This document shows positions 7,731 to 17,376 of a stretch of DNA of 64,000 nt, piece after piece. Each line of letters begins with the position of its first letter. Position 1 is the first letter of the stretch. The notes under the pieces were generated by a model. The model was given only the letters and a program-made list of their open reading frames with translations. It had not been told where the DNA came from and ran no database searches. The position numbers and the translations under genes were made by a program. Origin of the DNA: Paludibacteraceae bacterium (GTDB taxonomy: Bacteria > Bacteroidota > Bacteroidia > Bacteroidales > Paludibacteraceae); the NCBI GenBank assembly GCA_016297215.1, contig JAEDGZ010000007.1:1312-65311 (forward strand), in the 5' to 3' direction.

Positions 7731-10178
7731 ATGAAAACGAAAATTATTCTTTTGCTTGCGTCCATCAGCATCGTTAACAATGTTTTAGCTTTTGAATTCA
7801 AATTAGATGGTCTAATATATAGAGCTCTTTCTAATACGCAAACGTATGTTACAGTTTACGGAGACACAAAATGCTCTGTTATAACTATCCCAGAAACAGT
7901 TACATATAATGGAAGAGAATACAATGTTACTGCAATCGGAGCTGGTGCATTCAAAGATTTCTCTTCCCTTACATCCATCACTATTCCAAAAACTATAAAA
8001 TCAATCGGAGATGGTGCATTCAATGGTTGTACTAACCTCACTAAAACCAATTTTACAGGCGATATAGCAGATTGGTGTACCATACATTTTACGCCTTCCT
8101 ATGCGGCAAGCGAACACAAATCTAATCCTATCTACTACTCGCATAACCTTTACATCAACGATGTTGAAATAACAGATTTGGTAATTCCTGACTCAGTAAT
8201 ATGCATTGAAGAATGCGCCTTCTGCAAATGCAGTTCTCTCACTTCCGTTTTTATTTCCAACTCAGTAACGCGCATCGGAAGCCAGGCATTTAGAGATTGC
8301 TCATCGCTTTCCCATATTACCATTGGTAGTTCTGTGAAAAGCATTGAAGGTAACGCTTTTTTGGGCTGTACGGCCCTCACTAAAACCAATTATATAGGTG
8401 ACATAGCAAACTGGTGTGCCATACAATTTGGCTTGAGAGATTCTAATCCTATCTACTATTCACAAAATCTGTATATTAAAGATGTAGAGGTTAATGTTCT
8501 AATAATTCCTTCACCTGCAACATGCATTAAACAGTATGCTTTTGTAAATTGTTTATCTCTCTCCTCCGTCAACATTGCAAACTCTGTAATGACCATTGAA
8601 CGTTATGCGTTCGAAGGTTGCTCTTCTATCACCTCTGCTACAATTCCAAATTCCGTAATCAGTATTGGGGACGAAGCGTTTTACAATGTTCCGAATATCA
8701 TTTATAGTGGAACAGCCACTGGAACGCCATGGGGAGCTAGAAGTGTAAATGGATATGTTGAGAAGTATTTCGTATATGAAAGCGAAGCTAAAACCCAATT
8801 ATTGGCATGTAGTTCTGCAGCAAAAGGAAACATAACTATTGCCAACTCCGTAACAAACATTGGAAAATATGCATTCAATGATTGTGCATCAATCACTTCC
8901 ATCACTATTCCCAATTCTGTAATAAACATAGACGACTACGCATTTACAAACTGCCCGGGGCTCACATCCATCACCTTGCCAAACTCCGTAACAAACATTG
9001 GAGGTTGTATATTTGAGAACTGCTTAAATTTGAGTTCTGTAATAATCGGAGGTGATTCTATGATGAATATTAGTCCTTATGCTTTCGATTATTGCAAAGC
9101 CATAACATCCATTACATGGGATATCAAAAACCATAAAGGAGGATGGACTACAGGAGGTACTGTGTATGATAAAAATTATAAAGATTTTTCTCCTTTCTAT
9201 AAGATACGTGATCAAATTACTTCTTTTGTCTTTGGAAACAATGTAGAAGATATTCCTGCATGTCTTTGTTGCGGTTTAGATAGCCTTACTTCTGTTACAA
9301 TTTCTAACTCTGTAAAAAATATCGGATATGATGCTTTTTATGACTGTCGGAGTTTAACTTCTATTACACTGCCTAATTCCATAAAATATATTGGAACGGG
9401 AGCATTTGAGCACTGCGTAGAACTGAACTCCATTAACATCCCAAATTCGGTAACAGGGATAGCAAATTATGCTTTTAGTAGTTGTTATTCTCTCACATCT
9501 ATCAACATTGGTAACTCTGTAACATGGATTGGAGATTACGCTTTTGATGGTTGTTCTTCTCTTTCCGATGTCACCATCGGTGAGTCTATTAAAGTCATTG
9601 GATCATTTGCTTTTGCCGGTTGTTTTGCAATTACCAAAACTAATTACACCGGCGACATAGCAGATTGGTGTATGATACAATTTTCAAATAACATTAGTAA
9701 TCCTATCTATTATTCACATAATTTGTATATTAAAGATGTAGAAATAAATGATTTAGAAATTCCCAACTCTGTTAAGAAGATTGGTGAATATGCATTCTAT
9801 AATTGTTATAGCCTTAGAACTATAACCATCCCACATTCTGTAACAAGAATTATGAGTTCTGCTTTCTATTCGTGCAAAGCAATATCAGATGTATATTGCA
9901 AAGCAATGACCCCTCCTGAATGTGCTCCCTATTGTTTCGACTACATTCCTACAGACTGCAAACTTCATGTCCCTTTGGGAACTAAAACTGCTTACCAAAC
10001 TAAATATGGTTGGAAACAATTCTATCATATCTTTGAAGAAGACTTTACTAATTTGTTGCCTGAGACGCATGTATCTTCACCCTTCAGCACCACCATTCGA
10101 AAAGTACTCTACAATGGACAAATATTTATACAAAAAGGAAATAACAAGACTTACACTGTAACGGGAATAGAATTATAA
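7731..10178 (+). CDS. BspA-like leucine-rich-repeat surface protein, probable T9SS cargo
   Basis: 815 aa with signal peptide MKTKIILLLASISIVNNVLA. It has many LRR_5-type units (SLTSITIPNSVTxIGxxAFxxC). Three near-identical blocks NYTGDIADWCxIQF..SNPIYYSHNLYIxDVEI are present, and the C-terminal tail is KVLYNGQIFIQKGNNKTYTVTGIEL. Confidence 0.85.
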   Translation: MKTKIILLLASISIVNNVLAFEFKLDGLIYRALSNTQTYVTVYGDTKCSVITIPETVTYNGREYNVTAIGAGAFKDFSSLTSITIPKTIKSIGDGAFNGCTNLTKTNFTGDIADWCTIHFTPSYAASEHKSNPIYYSHNLYINDVEITDLVIPDSVICIEECAFCKCSSLTSVFISNSVTRIGSQAFRDCSSLSHITIGSSVKSIEGNAFLGCTALTKTNYIGDIANWCAIQFGLRDSNPIYYSQNLYIKDVEVNVLIIPSPATCIKQYAFVNCLSLSSVNIANSVMTIERYAFEGCSSITSATIPNSVISIGDEAFYNVPNIIYSGTATGTPWGARSVNGYVEKYFVYESEAKTQLLACSSAAKGNITIANSVTNIGKYAFNDCASITSITIPNSVINIDDYAFTNCPGLTSITLPNSVTNIGGCIFENCLNLSSVIIGGDSMMNISPYAFDYCKAITSITWDIKNHKGGWTTGGTVYDKNYKDFSPFYKIRDQITSFVFGNNVEDIPACLCCGLDSLTSVTISNSVKNIGYDAFYDCRSLTSITLPNSIKYIGTGAFEHCVELNSINIPNSVTGIANYAFSSCYSLTSINIGNSVTWIGDYAFDGCSSLSDVTIGESIKVIGSFAFAGCFAITKTNYTGDIADWCMIQFSNNISNPIYYSHNLYIKDVEINDLEIPNSVKKIGEYAFYNCYSLRTITIPHSVTRIMSSAFYSCKAISDVYCKAMTPPECAPYCFDYIPTDCKLHVPLGTKTAYQTKYGWKQFYHIFEEDFTNLLPETHVSSPFSTTIRKVLYNGQIFIQKGNNKTYTVTGIEL

Positions 10179-10221
10179 GTCATAACAGCAAATAAAGAAT
10201 CATATTCACAATTTCGAGAAT

Positions 10222-10260
10222 AAGTTGCCTAATATATTAAGTTAGGCAACTTGTTTTTTT
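10222..10260 (+). terminator. Rho-independent terminator of the LRR gene
   Basis: The stem aagttgcctaa / ttaggcaactt has a short loop and is followed by gttttttt. Confidence 0.8.
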
Positions 10261-10385
10261 CTTTTTAATTTATATGACCTTCTTCGTCCTGGCTGACAGC
10301 CACCATTAGATGCTTTTTTGGCATAATTTTTGGTTAGAGTGTGATGGTATAGCATAACGCAAGTATTACTCTAAAACATACACCT

Positions 10386-11276
10386 ATGACTCAACGCACG
10401 CATTTAATATCCGTCTTTAACGACACGAGGGATTGTATTCAGGGGAATGCGAGGTATCGGGCAGCGGTGGAGGAGGCGATAAGCAAACAGACCATAGTGC
10501 TTGAGAGTGAGCCTATTTCTGTTCCGTCCGCTACCTTCGACAGACCTGCTCGGGTAATCGTTACCCATAATCGCACACTGGAAGCAGCAGCACAATACAT
10601 AGAGCAAAATACCGCGGGCGACTTAGTCGGCAGAGAAGCCTCCCTACCCCGTGCATCTGCATCCCCTAAAGTCTGTGTGCTCAATTTTGCTTCCGCCACC
10701 AACCCGGGCGGCGGTGTGGAGCATGGGGCATCCGCCCAAGAGGAGTGTATCTGTCGGTGCTCCACGCTGTATCCCTGTCTGACAGCACCTGCTATGTCGG
10801 ATGGCTTCTACAAGCCGCATCAGCTATCCAAGAATCCGTTGCATAACGACGACATCATCTACACACCCAATGTGCTGGTGCTAAAAGATGATGATTACCA
10901 CATGCTCCCCAAGCCTTTCGCAGTGGATGTGATTACTTGTGCCGCGCCTAATCTCCGCCCGATTCCTGCTAATTTAGACAACGCAGACGGCAAGATACAG
11001 GCCACCATCTCTAACGAAGAACTTTATCGCTTGCACGTGCAGCGTGCCCGCAGAATAATGACTGTCGCCGCTAACCACCACGCAGAGATACTTATCTTGG
11101 GGGCGTTTGGTTGCGGCGCGTTCTGCAATAACCCCACCATCGTTGCCAAGGCGTATGACACGGTACTAACGGAATTTCTCTATCACTTCCACACCATCGA
11201 GTTTGCCGTGTATTGCACCTATTTCTCGCAGCAGAACTACCAAGCCTTCCATCAGATTATCCGCCAACACGCCTAA
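10386..11276 (+). CDS. TIGR02452/DUF2263 family protein (macrodomain-fold, microbial PARG-like)
   Basis: 296 aa with motifs VCVLNFASATNPGGGV, AQEECICRCS, VITCAAPN and ILGAFGCGAFCNNP, which are characteristic of this family. Confidence 0.75.
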   Translation: MTQRTHLISVFNDTRDCIQGNARYRAAVEEAISKQTIVLESEPISVPSATFDRPARVIVTHNRTLEAAAQYIEQNTAGDLVGREASLPRASASPKVCVLNFASATNPGGGVEHGASAQEECICRCSTLYPCLTAPAMSDGFYKPHQLSKNPLHNDDIIYTPNVLVLKDDDYHMLPKPFAVDVITCAAPNLRPIPANLDNADGKIQATISNEELYRLHVQRARRIMTVAANHHAEILILGAFGCGAFCNNPTIVAKAYDTVLTEFLYHFHTIEFAVYCTYFSQQNYQAFHQIIRQHA

Positions 11277-11277
11277 G

Positions 11278-11313
11278 AATTTACGATTTACGATTTACAA
11301 TTTACGATTTAGC
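11278..11313. repeat. Heptamer array (tttacga x4-5) immediately upstream of sanA
   Basis: The sequence aatttacgatttacgatttacaatttacgatttagc ends directly at the sanA ATG. Confidence 0.9.
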
Positions 11314-11958
11314 ATGCTAAAGAAACTACGAAGTGTCTGCAATAGCTTTCGCCCCACTACCATTTGCCTATGGGGAGTCCTATCGCTCGTTGCCATTGTG
11401 TTGGTTTGCAACATTGTGGTGCTGGCGGTAGCGGGCGGGCGATGCTATTCCCATGTAGAGGATGTGCCGCATTGCTGTTGTGGCATCCTGCTCGGTACGG
11501 GGCGGTCTGCGGCTCCAAGCCCTTATTACACCGCACGCGTCCAAGCAGCAACGGAACTACTGCGAAACAAGAAGATAGACACGCTGATTATCTCCGGCGA
11601 GAACCAATACGCCGACTACAACGAAGTGGATTCGATGGCAGCAGACATTCTTGCCGCCGTTCCCGATGCCATTTTAATATATGACTATCAAGGAGTTGAC
11701 ACCTACGCCTCGATGGTCAATGCCGCCAAGAGTTGCAGCTACGACAACACATACCTCATCATCTCCCAACGTTTCCACAATCAGCGGGCGGTGTTCTACG
11801 GCAGTTTGGTGTTCAGCGAGACCCCAGTAGCATTTAACGCCGCGGACACGCACAACCTATGGTGGCGTACGCGCAACCTCATTCGGGAATGCCTCGCCCG
11901 CACCAAAGCCGTACTCGTTGTCCCCTTTGAACTATTAGGCAATAAGGAGTGGGAATAA
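11314..11958 (+). CDS. sanA: SanA/ElyC (DUF218) family envelope protein
   Basis: The ORF track starts at 11203, but that extension overlaps the upstream gene and reads through the heptamer array. ATG 11314 gives MLKKLRS, a TM helix and the DUF218 core (ILLGTG..YYTARV..LIISGENQYADYNEV..ISQRFHNQRA). Confidence 0.8.
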   Translation: MLKKLRSVCNSFRPTTICLWGVLSLVAIVLVCNIVVLAVAGGRCYSHVEDVPHCCCGILLGTGRSAAPSPYYTARVQAATELLRNKKIDTLIISGENQYADYNEVDSMAADILAAVPDAILIYDYQGVDTYASMVNAAKSCSYDNTYLIISQRFHNQRAVFYGSLVFSETPVAFNAADTHNLWWRTRNLIRECLARTKAVLVVPFELLGNKEWE

Positions 11959-12095
11959 TTATGCTTACGGATATTGTTTGGCTTGATTTTTGTTATTCTC
12001 AGGCTAAACAGTGAATACTATGGTGCGGCTCCCGACGGTATCGGGATAAACTTCCGACCGTCCTCTCCACGAGTTACTAACAAAAACCCACAAAT

Positions 12096-12701
12096 ATGCG
12101 TAAATTAACCCTATTGGCAGCCCTCGGGAGCATGGTGCTGGTCGGCTGCACGAATCCTCAGAAGGAGGACACGACAATGAAAGAACAAACCGTTATCGAA
12201 AACATCTTAAGTCGCAAGTCGGTGCGCTATTTCACCGGCGACACTATCTCCCAGGCGCAGATAGAGACCCTGCTGCGCTGCGCCATGGCAGCCCCGTCGG
12301 CAATGAACAAACAGCCGTGGGCATTCATCGTAGTAACTGACCCCGCCCTGCTGCAGCGTATCGGCAGCGAGATGCCCAGCACCCGTTGCCAGAACCGCCC
12401 CGCCTGCGCCATCGTCCCCTGCGGCGACCTGGGCAAGGCGCTGGAGAGCCGACCCGACTTCTGGATTAACGACGTGTCGGCTGCCACGGAGAACCTGCTG
12501 CTCGCCGCACATGCCATGGGCTTGGGAGCAGTGTGGACGGGCATCCATCCCGACCCCGACCGCGTGGCGCAGTTGCAGGCGATTCTCCAACTGCCCGAAC
12601 ATATCGTCCCCCTCTGTGTAGTGCCCGTAGGCATCCCCGCAGAGTCTCCCGCCGTGAAAGAGAAATACACCGAGGAGAATATCCGCTATAATCGGTGGTA
12701 A
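12096..12701 (+). CDS. Nitroreductase family protein (start ambiguous: 12096 with lipoprotein signal, or 12177)
   Basis: The core SRKSVRYF...MAAPSAMNKQPW...LAAHAMGLGAVW is typical of the nitroreductase fold. The first 27 aa (MRKLTLLAALGSMVLVGC) form a lipobox. ATG 12177 (MKEQTVIENIL) would give a cytoplasmic enzyme. Confidence 0.8.
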   Translation: MRKLTLLAALGSMVLVGCTNPQKEDTTMKEQTVIENILSRKSVRYFTGDTISQAQIETLLRCAMAAPSAMNKQPWAFIVVTDPALLQRIGSEMPSTRCQNRPACAIVPCGDLGKALESRPDFWINDVSAATENLLLAAHAMGLGAVWTGIHPDPDRVAQLQAILQLPEHIVPLCVVPVGIPAESPAVKEKYTEENIRYNRW

Positions 12702-12780
12702 TGAGCAGTTCATAGTTCCGGAATAGCAGGCGAGGACACCTGCCCGGACAATTAACAGGCAAAGAGTGAACTCCATAAAA

Positions 12781-12820
12781 AAATAGGCTATCTAACTTGA
12801 CTTGTTAGACAGCCTATTTT
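12781..12820. terminator. Bidirectional terminator between convergent nitroreductase and dcp genes
   Basis: The stem aaataggctatctaac / gttagacagcctattt is flanked by A-run/T-run on both sides. Confidence 0.75.
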
Positions 12821-12841
12821 CTATGTGATATTAGTTATTCC

Positions 12842-14989
12842 CTACTTCACTTCCACTGCCTTGATGCCGTCGCGCTCCAGCAGAGCGTTGATGGTCGGCT
12901 CGCCGCCGCGGAACTTGCGGTAGAGGTCGGCTGCGGGCTCGGTACCCCCGCGCTCAAGGATATGCTTGCGGAAGAGAGCCGCCGCCTTCTTGTCGAAGAT
13001 AGTGCCGCTCTTCTGCTGCGCTGCCTTGAAGACGGAGAAAGCGTCAGCGTCCAGCAGTTCCGACCACTTATACGAGTAGTAGCCTGCGGCGTAACCACCG
13101 GAGAAGATATGCGTGAAAGCGGTCTCCATCTGCGTGCCGGGTACGTCGGGCAGCACCTGCACAGGGCGCATGGCGTCGTTACCGAACTTGATAACCGCCT
13201 CCTCGGTGGTGAGGTCGGCAGGCACTGCGAAAGGTGCGCTGAGCGTGTGCCATGCCATGTCGAGGTAGCCGAACGAGAGTTGGCGGACACAAGCATAGGC
13301 GGCATGGTAGGTCTGCGCGCGCTTAATCTTGTCTATCAACTCCTGCGGCATCGGCTCGCCCGTCTTGTAGTGCTTGGCAAAGGTGTCAAGGAATTCTTTC
13401 TCGCCGAGGAAGTTCTCGTTGAACTGCGAGGGTAGCTCCACGAAGTCGCGCGGCACGTTGGTGCCCGAGAGGGCGCTGTATTGGCAGCGGGTGAGCATGC
13501 CATGGAGCGCGTGCCCGAACTCGTGGAGGAAGGTCTCTACCTCGTCGTAGGTGAAGAGCGCAGGCTTGTCAGCGGTAGGACGAGTGAAGTTCATCACGTT
13601 CACGATATGCGGACGATGGTCTTTCTTGCCCTCCATCCATTGCCCTTGGAAGTCGTTCATCCATGCGCCGCCGCGCTTGCCGTCGCGCGGGTGGAAGTCA
13701 GCGTAATAGACCGCAAGGAACTTGCCTTTCTCGTCGAATACCTCGTAGGCGGTTACCTCGGGGTTATACACCTGAATAGCCTTGTTCTCTTTGAAGGTCA
13801 GCCCGTAGAGCCGTTTTGCCAAGCCGAACACACCCTGCTTCACCGCCTCCAACTCAAAGTAAGGACGGATATCATCGTCCGACACGCTGTATTTCTCTAT
13901 CTTGAGTTTCTTGGAGTAGTACGACCAGTCCCAGGGCTGAAGGGTAGCGTAGAACCCGTTGGCGGTGGCGAACTGCTGCAACTCCTCTACCTCCTGCTTA
14001 GCAGCAGGCATGTAACTCTCGCGCAGTTGGTCAAGCAGTTTATACACCTGCTCAGGCGTCTCCGCCATGGTCTTGTGGAGCGACTTCTCGGCGTAGTTCT
14101 GCTTGCCGAAGAGGTTCGCCAGCGCGAGGCGGGTATTGACGATGTCAATGATAATCTGTGTGTTATCGAACTCGCCGCCTATGCAACGGCTGTTGTAGGC
14201 AGTATAGAGTTCACGACGAATATCGCGGTTGTCAAGGTCTTCCATCACGGGGCGATAGGTTGTGGGCTTCAGGTCGAGCAACCAGCCTTCCTGTCCTTTC
14301 TTCTCTGCGTTGGCGCGCAGCAACGCCTTGGTGTCCTCGTTCAGTCCGCTGAGGTCTTCCTCGCGGGTGAGGAGCATCGTCCATGCGTTGGTGGCTTTCA
14401 GCACGTTCTGCCCGTAGGTGAGCGTCAGTTGGCTTAGGCGCGCCGTCAGTTCGCGGTAGGTCTGCTTGTCCTCCGGCGAGAGGTTGGCGCCGTTGTTGGC
14501 AAACGATTCGTAGATGTCGTCCAGCAGTTTCTGTTGCTCTTTGTTGAGTTTCAGTTGACTGCGCTGGTCGTACACCACCTTGATACGCTGAAACAAGCCT
14601 TCGTTCAGGCGGATGGTGGACGAGTAGTCAGACAACTTCGGCGAGAGTTCCATCTCAATCTGTTGCAACTGTTCGTTGGTCTCGCTGGAGGTCAGGTTGT
14701 AGAAGCAACCTGCCACGATGGTCAGCATCTCGCCCGATTTTTCATACGCCTCAATGGTGTTTTGGAAGGTGGGCGCAGCGGGGTTATTGACGATGGCATC
14801 GATGTCCGCCAGACCTTGCTTCATCGCCTCCTCGAAAGCAGGCATGTAGTGCTCGGCTTTGATTTCGTTGAAAGGATAGGTCCCGTGCGGGGTCTTCCAC
14901 TCCTTATAGCGGAAGAAAGGGTTGTCGGTAGCCGCACCGGCAACCAGCGTAGTAGCAGCAAGTGCCATAGTGATAAGCAGTTTTTTCAT
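12842..14989 (-). CDS. dcp: Peptidyl-dipeptidase Dcp (M3 family zinc metallopeptidase)
   Basis: 715 aa with signal peptide MKKLLITMALAATTLVAGA, the HEFGHALH zinc motif and M3-family length. Confidence 0.9.
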   Translation of the reverse strand: MKKLLITMALAATTLVAGAATDNPFFRYKEWKTPHGTYPFNEIKAEHYMPAFEEAMKQGLADIDAIVNNPAAPTFQNTIEAYEKSGEMLTIVAGCFYNLTSSETNEQLQQIEMELSPKLSDYSSTIRLNEGLFQRIKVVYDQRSQLKLNKEQQKLLDDIYESFANNGANLSPEDKQTYRELTARLSQLTLTYGQNVLKATNAWTMLLTREEDLSGLNEDTKALLRANAEKKGQEGWLLDLKPTTYRPVMEDLDNRDIRRELYTAYNSRCIGGEFDNTQIIIDIVNTRLALANLFGKQNYAEKSLHKTMAETPEQVYKLLDQLRESYMPAAKQEVEELQQFATANGFYATLQPWDWSYYSKKLKIEKYSVSDDDIRPYFELEAVKQGVFGLAKRLYGLTFKENKAIQVYNPEVTAYEVFDEKGKFLAVYYADFHPRDGKRGGAWMNDFQGQWMEGKKDHRPHIVNVMNFTRPTADKPALFTYDEVETFLHEFGHALHGMLTRCQYSALSGTNVPRDFVELPSQFNENFLGEKEFLDTFAKHYKTGEPMPQELIDKIKRAQTYHAAYACVRQLSFGYLDMAWHTLSAPFAVPADLTTEEAVIKFGNDAMRPVQVLPDVPGTQMETAFTHIFSGGYAAGYYSYKWSELLDADAFSVFKAAQQKSGTIFDKKAAALFRKHILERGGTEPAADLYRKFRGGEPTINALLERDGIKAVEVK

Positions 14990-15049
14990 ATTCGTTTCGT
15001 TTTCCTTTTTATTTTATAACTTCTAGGATTTCTAGTTTTTCTAGTTCTT

Positions 15050-16384
15050 CTATTTTCCTCTTAGCAGATTGATGTCCCCTGACAATTGATAAATACCTAT
15101 TATCGATTCGTCAGCCTTGTCCTTTGCTCGCTTGTAGGCGGCTTTGCTGCGATATTCTGCATTGGCTGCCGCATCGGTGCCGAGCGCACGAATCACGTAG
15201 AAATACGCTCCTTCGGCGGCAGGATGGTTGTTGATGGTACCGTCCCAGCCCTTGGCAGGGTCTTCCGACTCATAGACCAGTTTGCCCCAGCGGTTATAGA
15301 CCCAGATATGATACTCCTTGAGGGAGCGGTAGAGCACGCGAAACTCATCGTTCTTTCCGTCTCCGTTGGGAGTAAACACATTGGGCACCAGCAACATCGA
15401 CTCGCTCACGGCAATACTAATCTCCGTGCTGTCGCGCTGGCAGTCTTCGGGATTGTCGCCGCAAGGGCAGTGGTTATTGCTTACGTAACTCACTGCGCGG
15501 TAGTTGCCGGGCTCGGTGAAGGTGTAGCGTGTCTGCTCGTCGGTGCGCGAGACTATCAGTCGGGTGGCTTTGTAGATGCGCCATTCGTAATATTCCACCG
15601 TGGGCGTGGGGTTGGCTTTGAAGAGGATATCCAGCGGCGCGGAGCCCGTGAGCACCGAAGCATCGGTCGGTCGCTCCACCTCGTTGCACAACTCGCCCGC
15701 CGTACCGCGCACGGTGGTGACGGAGGTGGGCATACTGCGTACGGCAACAGGATTATCTATATGGGCTATTGCCGAATCCAAAGGCAAGCCCAACTGCTCC
15801 GCGATAGGCTCGTAGGTCAGCACGATATCCGTCGCCTTGCAGATAGCAGGCAGGCTGTAGATGCCTATTTTGAGCGGCTGCTCGTCCATGACGGCAACGG
15901 AGTCCTCCCATTGCAGGCTGCCGCTGTTCCAAGCAAGGTCGGTGTAGGTGATTTGGCACTCGCGCGCAAGGCTGCGCGTCTGTCCCGTGGGGGTGATATA
16001 CTGAATCTCAGGCAATGTGCCTTCCACACGCAGTTCTGTAGCGGTGCAGGAGGGCGTAACCGTGAGCAGGAGGTCTCGAGGTTGGTAAGTGGGATAGGAG
16101 AAGGCGTAGAAATACTCTTTCTCGCCGTTATAAATGATGTAGTAGCCGCCGTCATCGGGGTAAATCTCGTCCGTGTTGGTGGCTACGACGCTATTGTCGG
16201 CAATTCGATACCAGTCCGTTGGCGAGCCGTCAGCCGTAGCAAGATGTACCTCGCCGGCAAAGAGGAAGATAGTGTCGGTTTTTTGGTTTACTATTTGCGT
16301 AGCGCTACCTACGCACTTCACATGGAGTGCATAGGTAGCGCTATAACAAAGGGTTAGCAGTATGCTAATAAGGATTCTTCTCAT
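15050..16384 (-). CDS. T9SS type B sorting-domain (gliding-motility C-terminal domain) protein
   Basis: 444 aa with a signal peptide and the C-terminal LLVPNVFTPNGDGKNDEFRV..WGKLVYES..WDG motif. Its ATG overlaps the serA stop (ATGA at 16381-16384). Confidence 0.8.
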   Translation of the reverse strand: MRRILISILLTLCYSATYALHVKCVGSATQIVNQKTDTIFLFAGEVHLATADGSPTDWYRIADNSVVATNTDEIYPDDGGYYIIYNGEKEYFYAFSYPTYQPRDLLLTVTPSCTATELRVEGTLPEIQYITPTGQTRSLARECQITYTDLAWNSGSLQWEDSVAVMDEQPLKIGIYSLPAICKATDIVLTYEPIAEQLGLPLDSAIAHIDNPVAVRSMPTSVTTVRGTAGELCNEVERPTDASVLTGSAPLDILFKANPTPTVEYYEWRIYKATRLIVSRTDEQTRYTFTEPGNYRAVSYVSNNHCPCGDNPEDCQRDSTEISIAVSESMLLVPNVFTPNGDGKNDEFRVLYRSLKEYHIWVYNRWGKLVYESEDPAKGWDGTINNHPAAEGAYFYVIRALGTDAAANAEYRSKAAYKRAKDKADESIIGIYQLSGDINLLRGK

Positions 16385-17301
16385 TTGTTCACTTGGAAGC
16401 GTGTGTTGCCGTTTTCGATGAAGTCCACAATCTGCTTTGCGGCGGCAATACCCGCGTTGATATTCGCCTCTGCGGTCTGTGCGCCCATCTTCTTCGGGGT
16501 AGCGAAATAGCGTCCCTCGAATAGCGTGCGGAACTTCATGTCGGCAGAGGGCATGATGTCGGTGATATACTTCAGGTCGGTGCGCTCTTGCATGAGTTGA
16601 ATCAACTCGTCTTCGTGAATCACCTCTTTGCGTGCGGTGTTCACGAGGATACCGCCCTTCGGCATACGGTTCACGAGGTCGTGGTTGATGCTCTGCTTGG
16701 TCTCCGGCGTGGCGGGGATGTGCAGGCTCACGATATGGCAGGTGGTGTAGAGTTCCTCTGCGCTGTGCAGCGGCGTTACGCCGGCAGCCGTCATCGCCTC
16801 ATCGGGGCAGAAAGCATCATAGGCATACACCTCCATGCCGAAGCCTTGCGCGATACGAGCCACGTTGCGACCCACGTTGCCGAAGGCGTGAATACCCAAT
16901 TTCTTGCCCTTCAACTCGCTTCCGCTGGTGCCGTTGTAGAAGTTGCGCACAGCATACACCATCATGCCGAGTGCCAATTCGGCTACGGCGTTGGAGTTCT
17001 GCCCGGGGGTGTTCATCGCCACTACGCCGTGGCTCGTTGCAGCTGCCAAGTCGATATTGTCGTAGCCTGCGCCCGCGCGCACTACTATCTTCAACTGCTT
17101 CGCAGCGTCCAGCACTTCCGCGTCCACCACATCAGAGCGGATGATGAGTGCATCGGCGTCTGCCACAGCGTCCAGCAGTTGCTGTTTCTCTGTATATTTC
17201 TCGAGCAATACGAGGCTGTAGCCTGCTTGCTCCACTACCTCGCGAATGCCGTCCACAGCCACTTTCGCAAAGGGTTTCTCGGTTGCTACTAATACTTTCA
17301 T
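16381..17301 (-). CDS. serA: D-3-phosphoglycerate dehydrogenase (2-hydroxyacid dehydrogenase family)
   Basis: MKVLVATEKPF start at 17301; the ORF-track extension to 17376 is rejected. The NAD-binding site is GIHAFGNVG. It lies directly downstream of serC. Confidence 0.85.
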   Translation of the reverse strand: MKVLVATEKPFAKVAVDGIREVVEQAGYSLVLLEKYTEKQQLLDAVADADALIIRSDVVDAEVLDAAKQLKIVVRAGAGYDNIDLAAATSHGVVAMNTPGQNSNAVAELALGMMVYAVRNFYNGTSGSELKGKKLGIHAFGNVGRNVARIAQGFGMEVYAYDAFCPDEAMTAAGVTPLHSAEELYTTCHIVSLHIPATPETKQSINHDLVNRMPKGGILVNTARKEVIHEDELIQLMQERTDLKYITDIMPSADMKFRTLFEGRYFATPKKMGAQTAEANINAGIAAAKQIVDFIENGNTRFQVNK

Positions 17302-17376
17302 ACTGTTTACTAATGTTGTGTAAAAAACGGTTGTTCTCTTTTCCTCCCGCTTGGGGTTCTCATAGAAGCGTTCCAT

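Noticed and set aside
7300-10260. Mobile genetic element (IS, transposon or integrative island) carrying the LRR gene. The same question applies to the AT-rich 59141-61976 pair.
   Set aside because: I could identify no transposase, integrase, tRNA-adjacent att site or direct-repeat target duplication. Only the compositional contrast supports horizontal origin, so it is reported as an islet and not annotated as a mobile element.
11203-11313. N-terminal extensions proposed by the ORF track. They are 11203 (sanA), 17376 (serA), 25175 (T9SS cargo), 32469 (GLUG), 37075 (GH32), 51715 (SDR), 59081 (flippase), 62983 (GNAT) and 55648 (rpsU).
   Set aside because: Each extension overlaps an upstream gene or includes the predicted -7 promoter box. 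Otherwise it is encoded by a microsatellite array. In each case an internal ATG yields a canonical signal peptide or family N-terminus.
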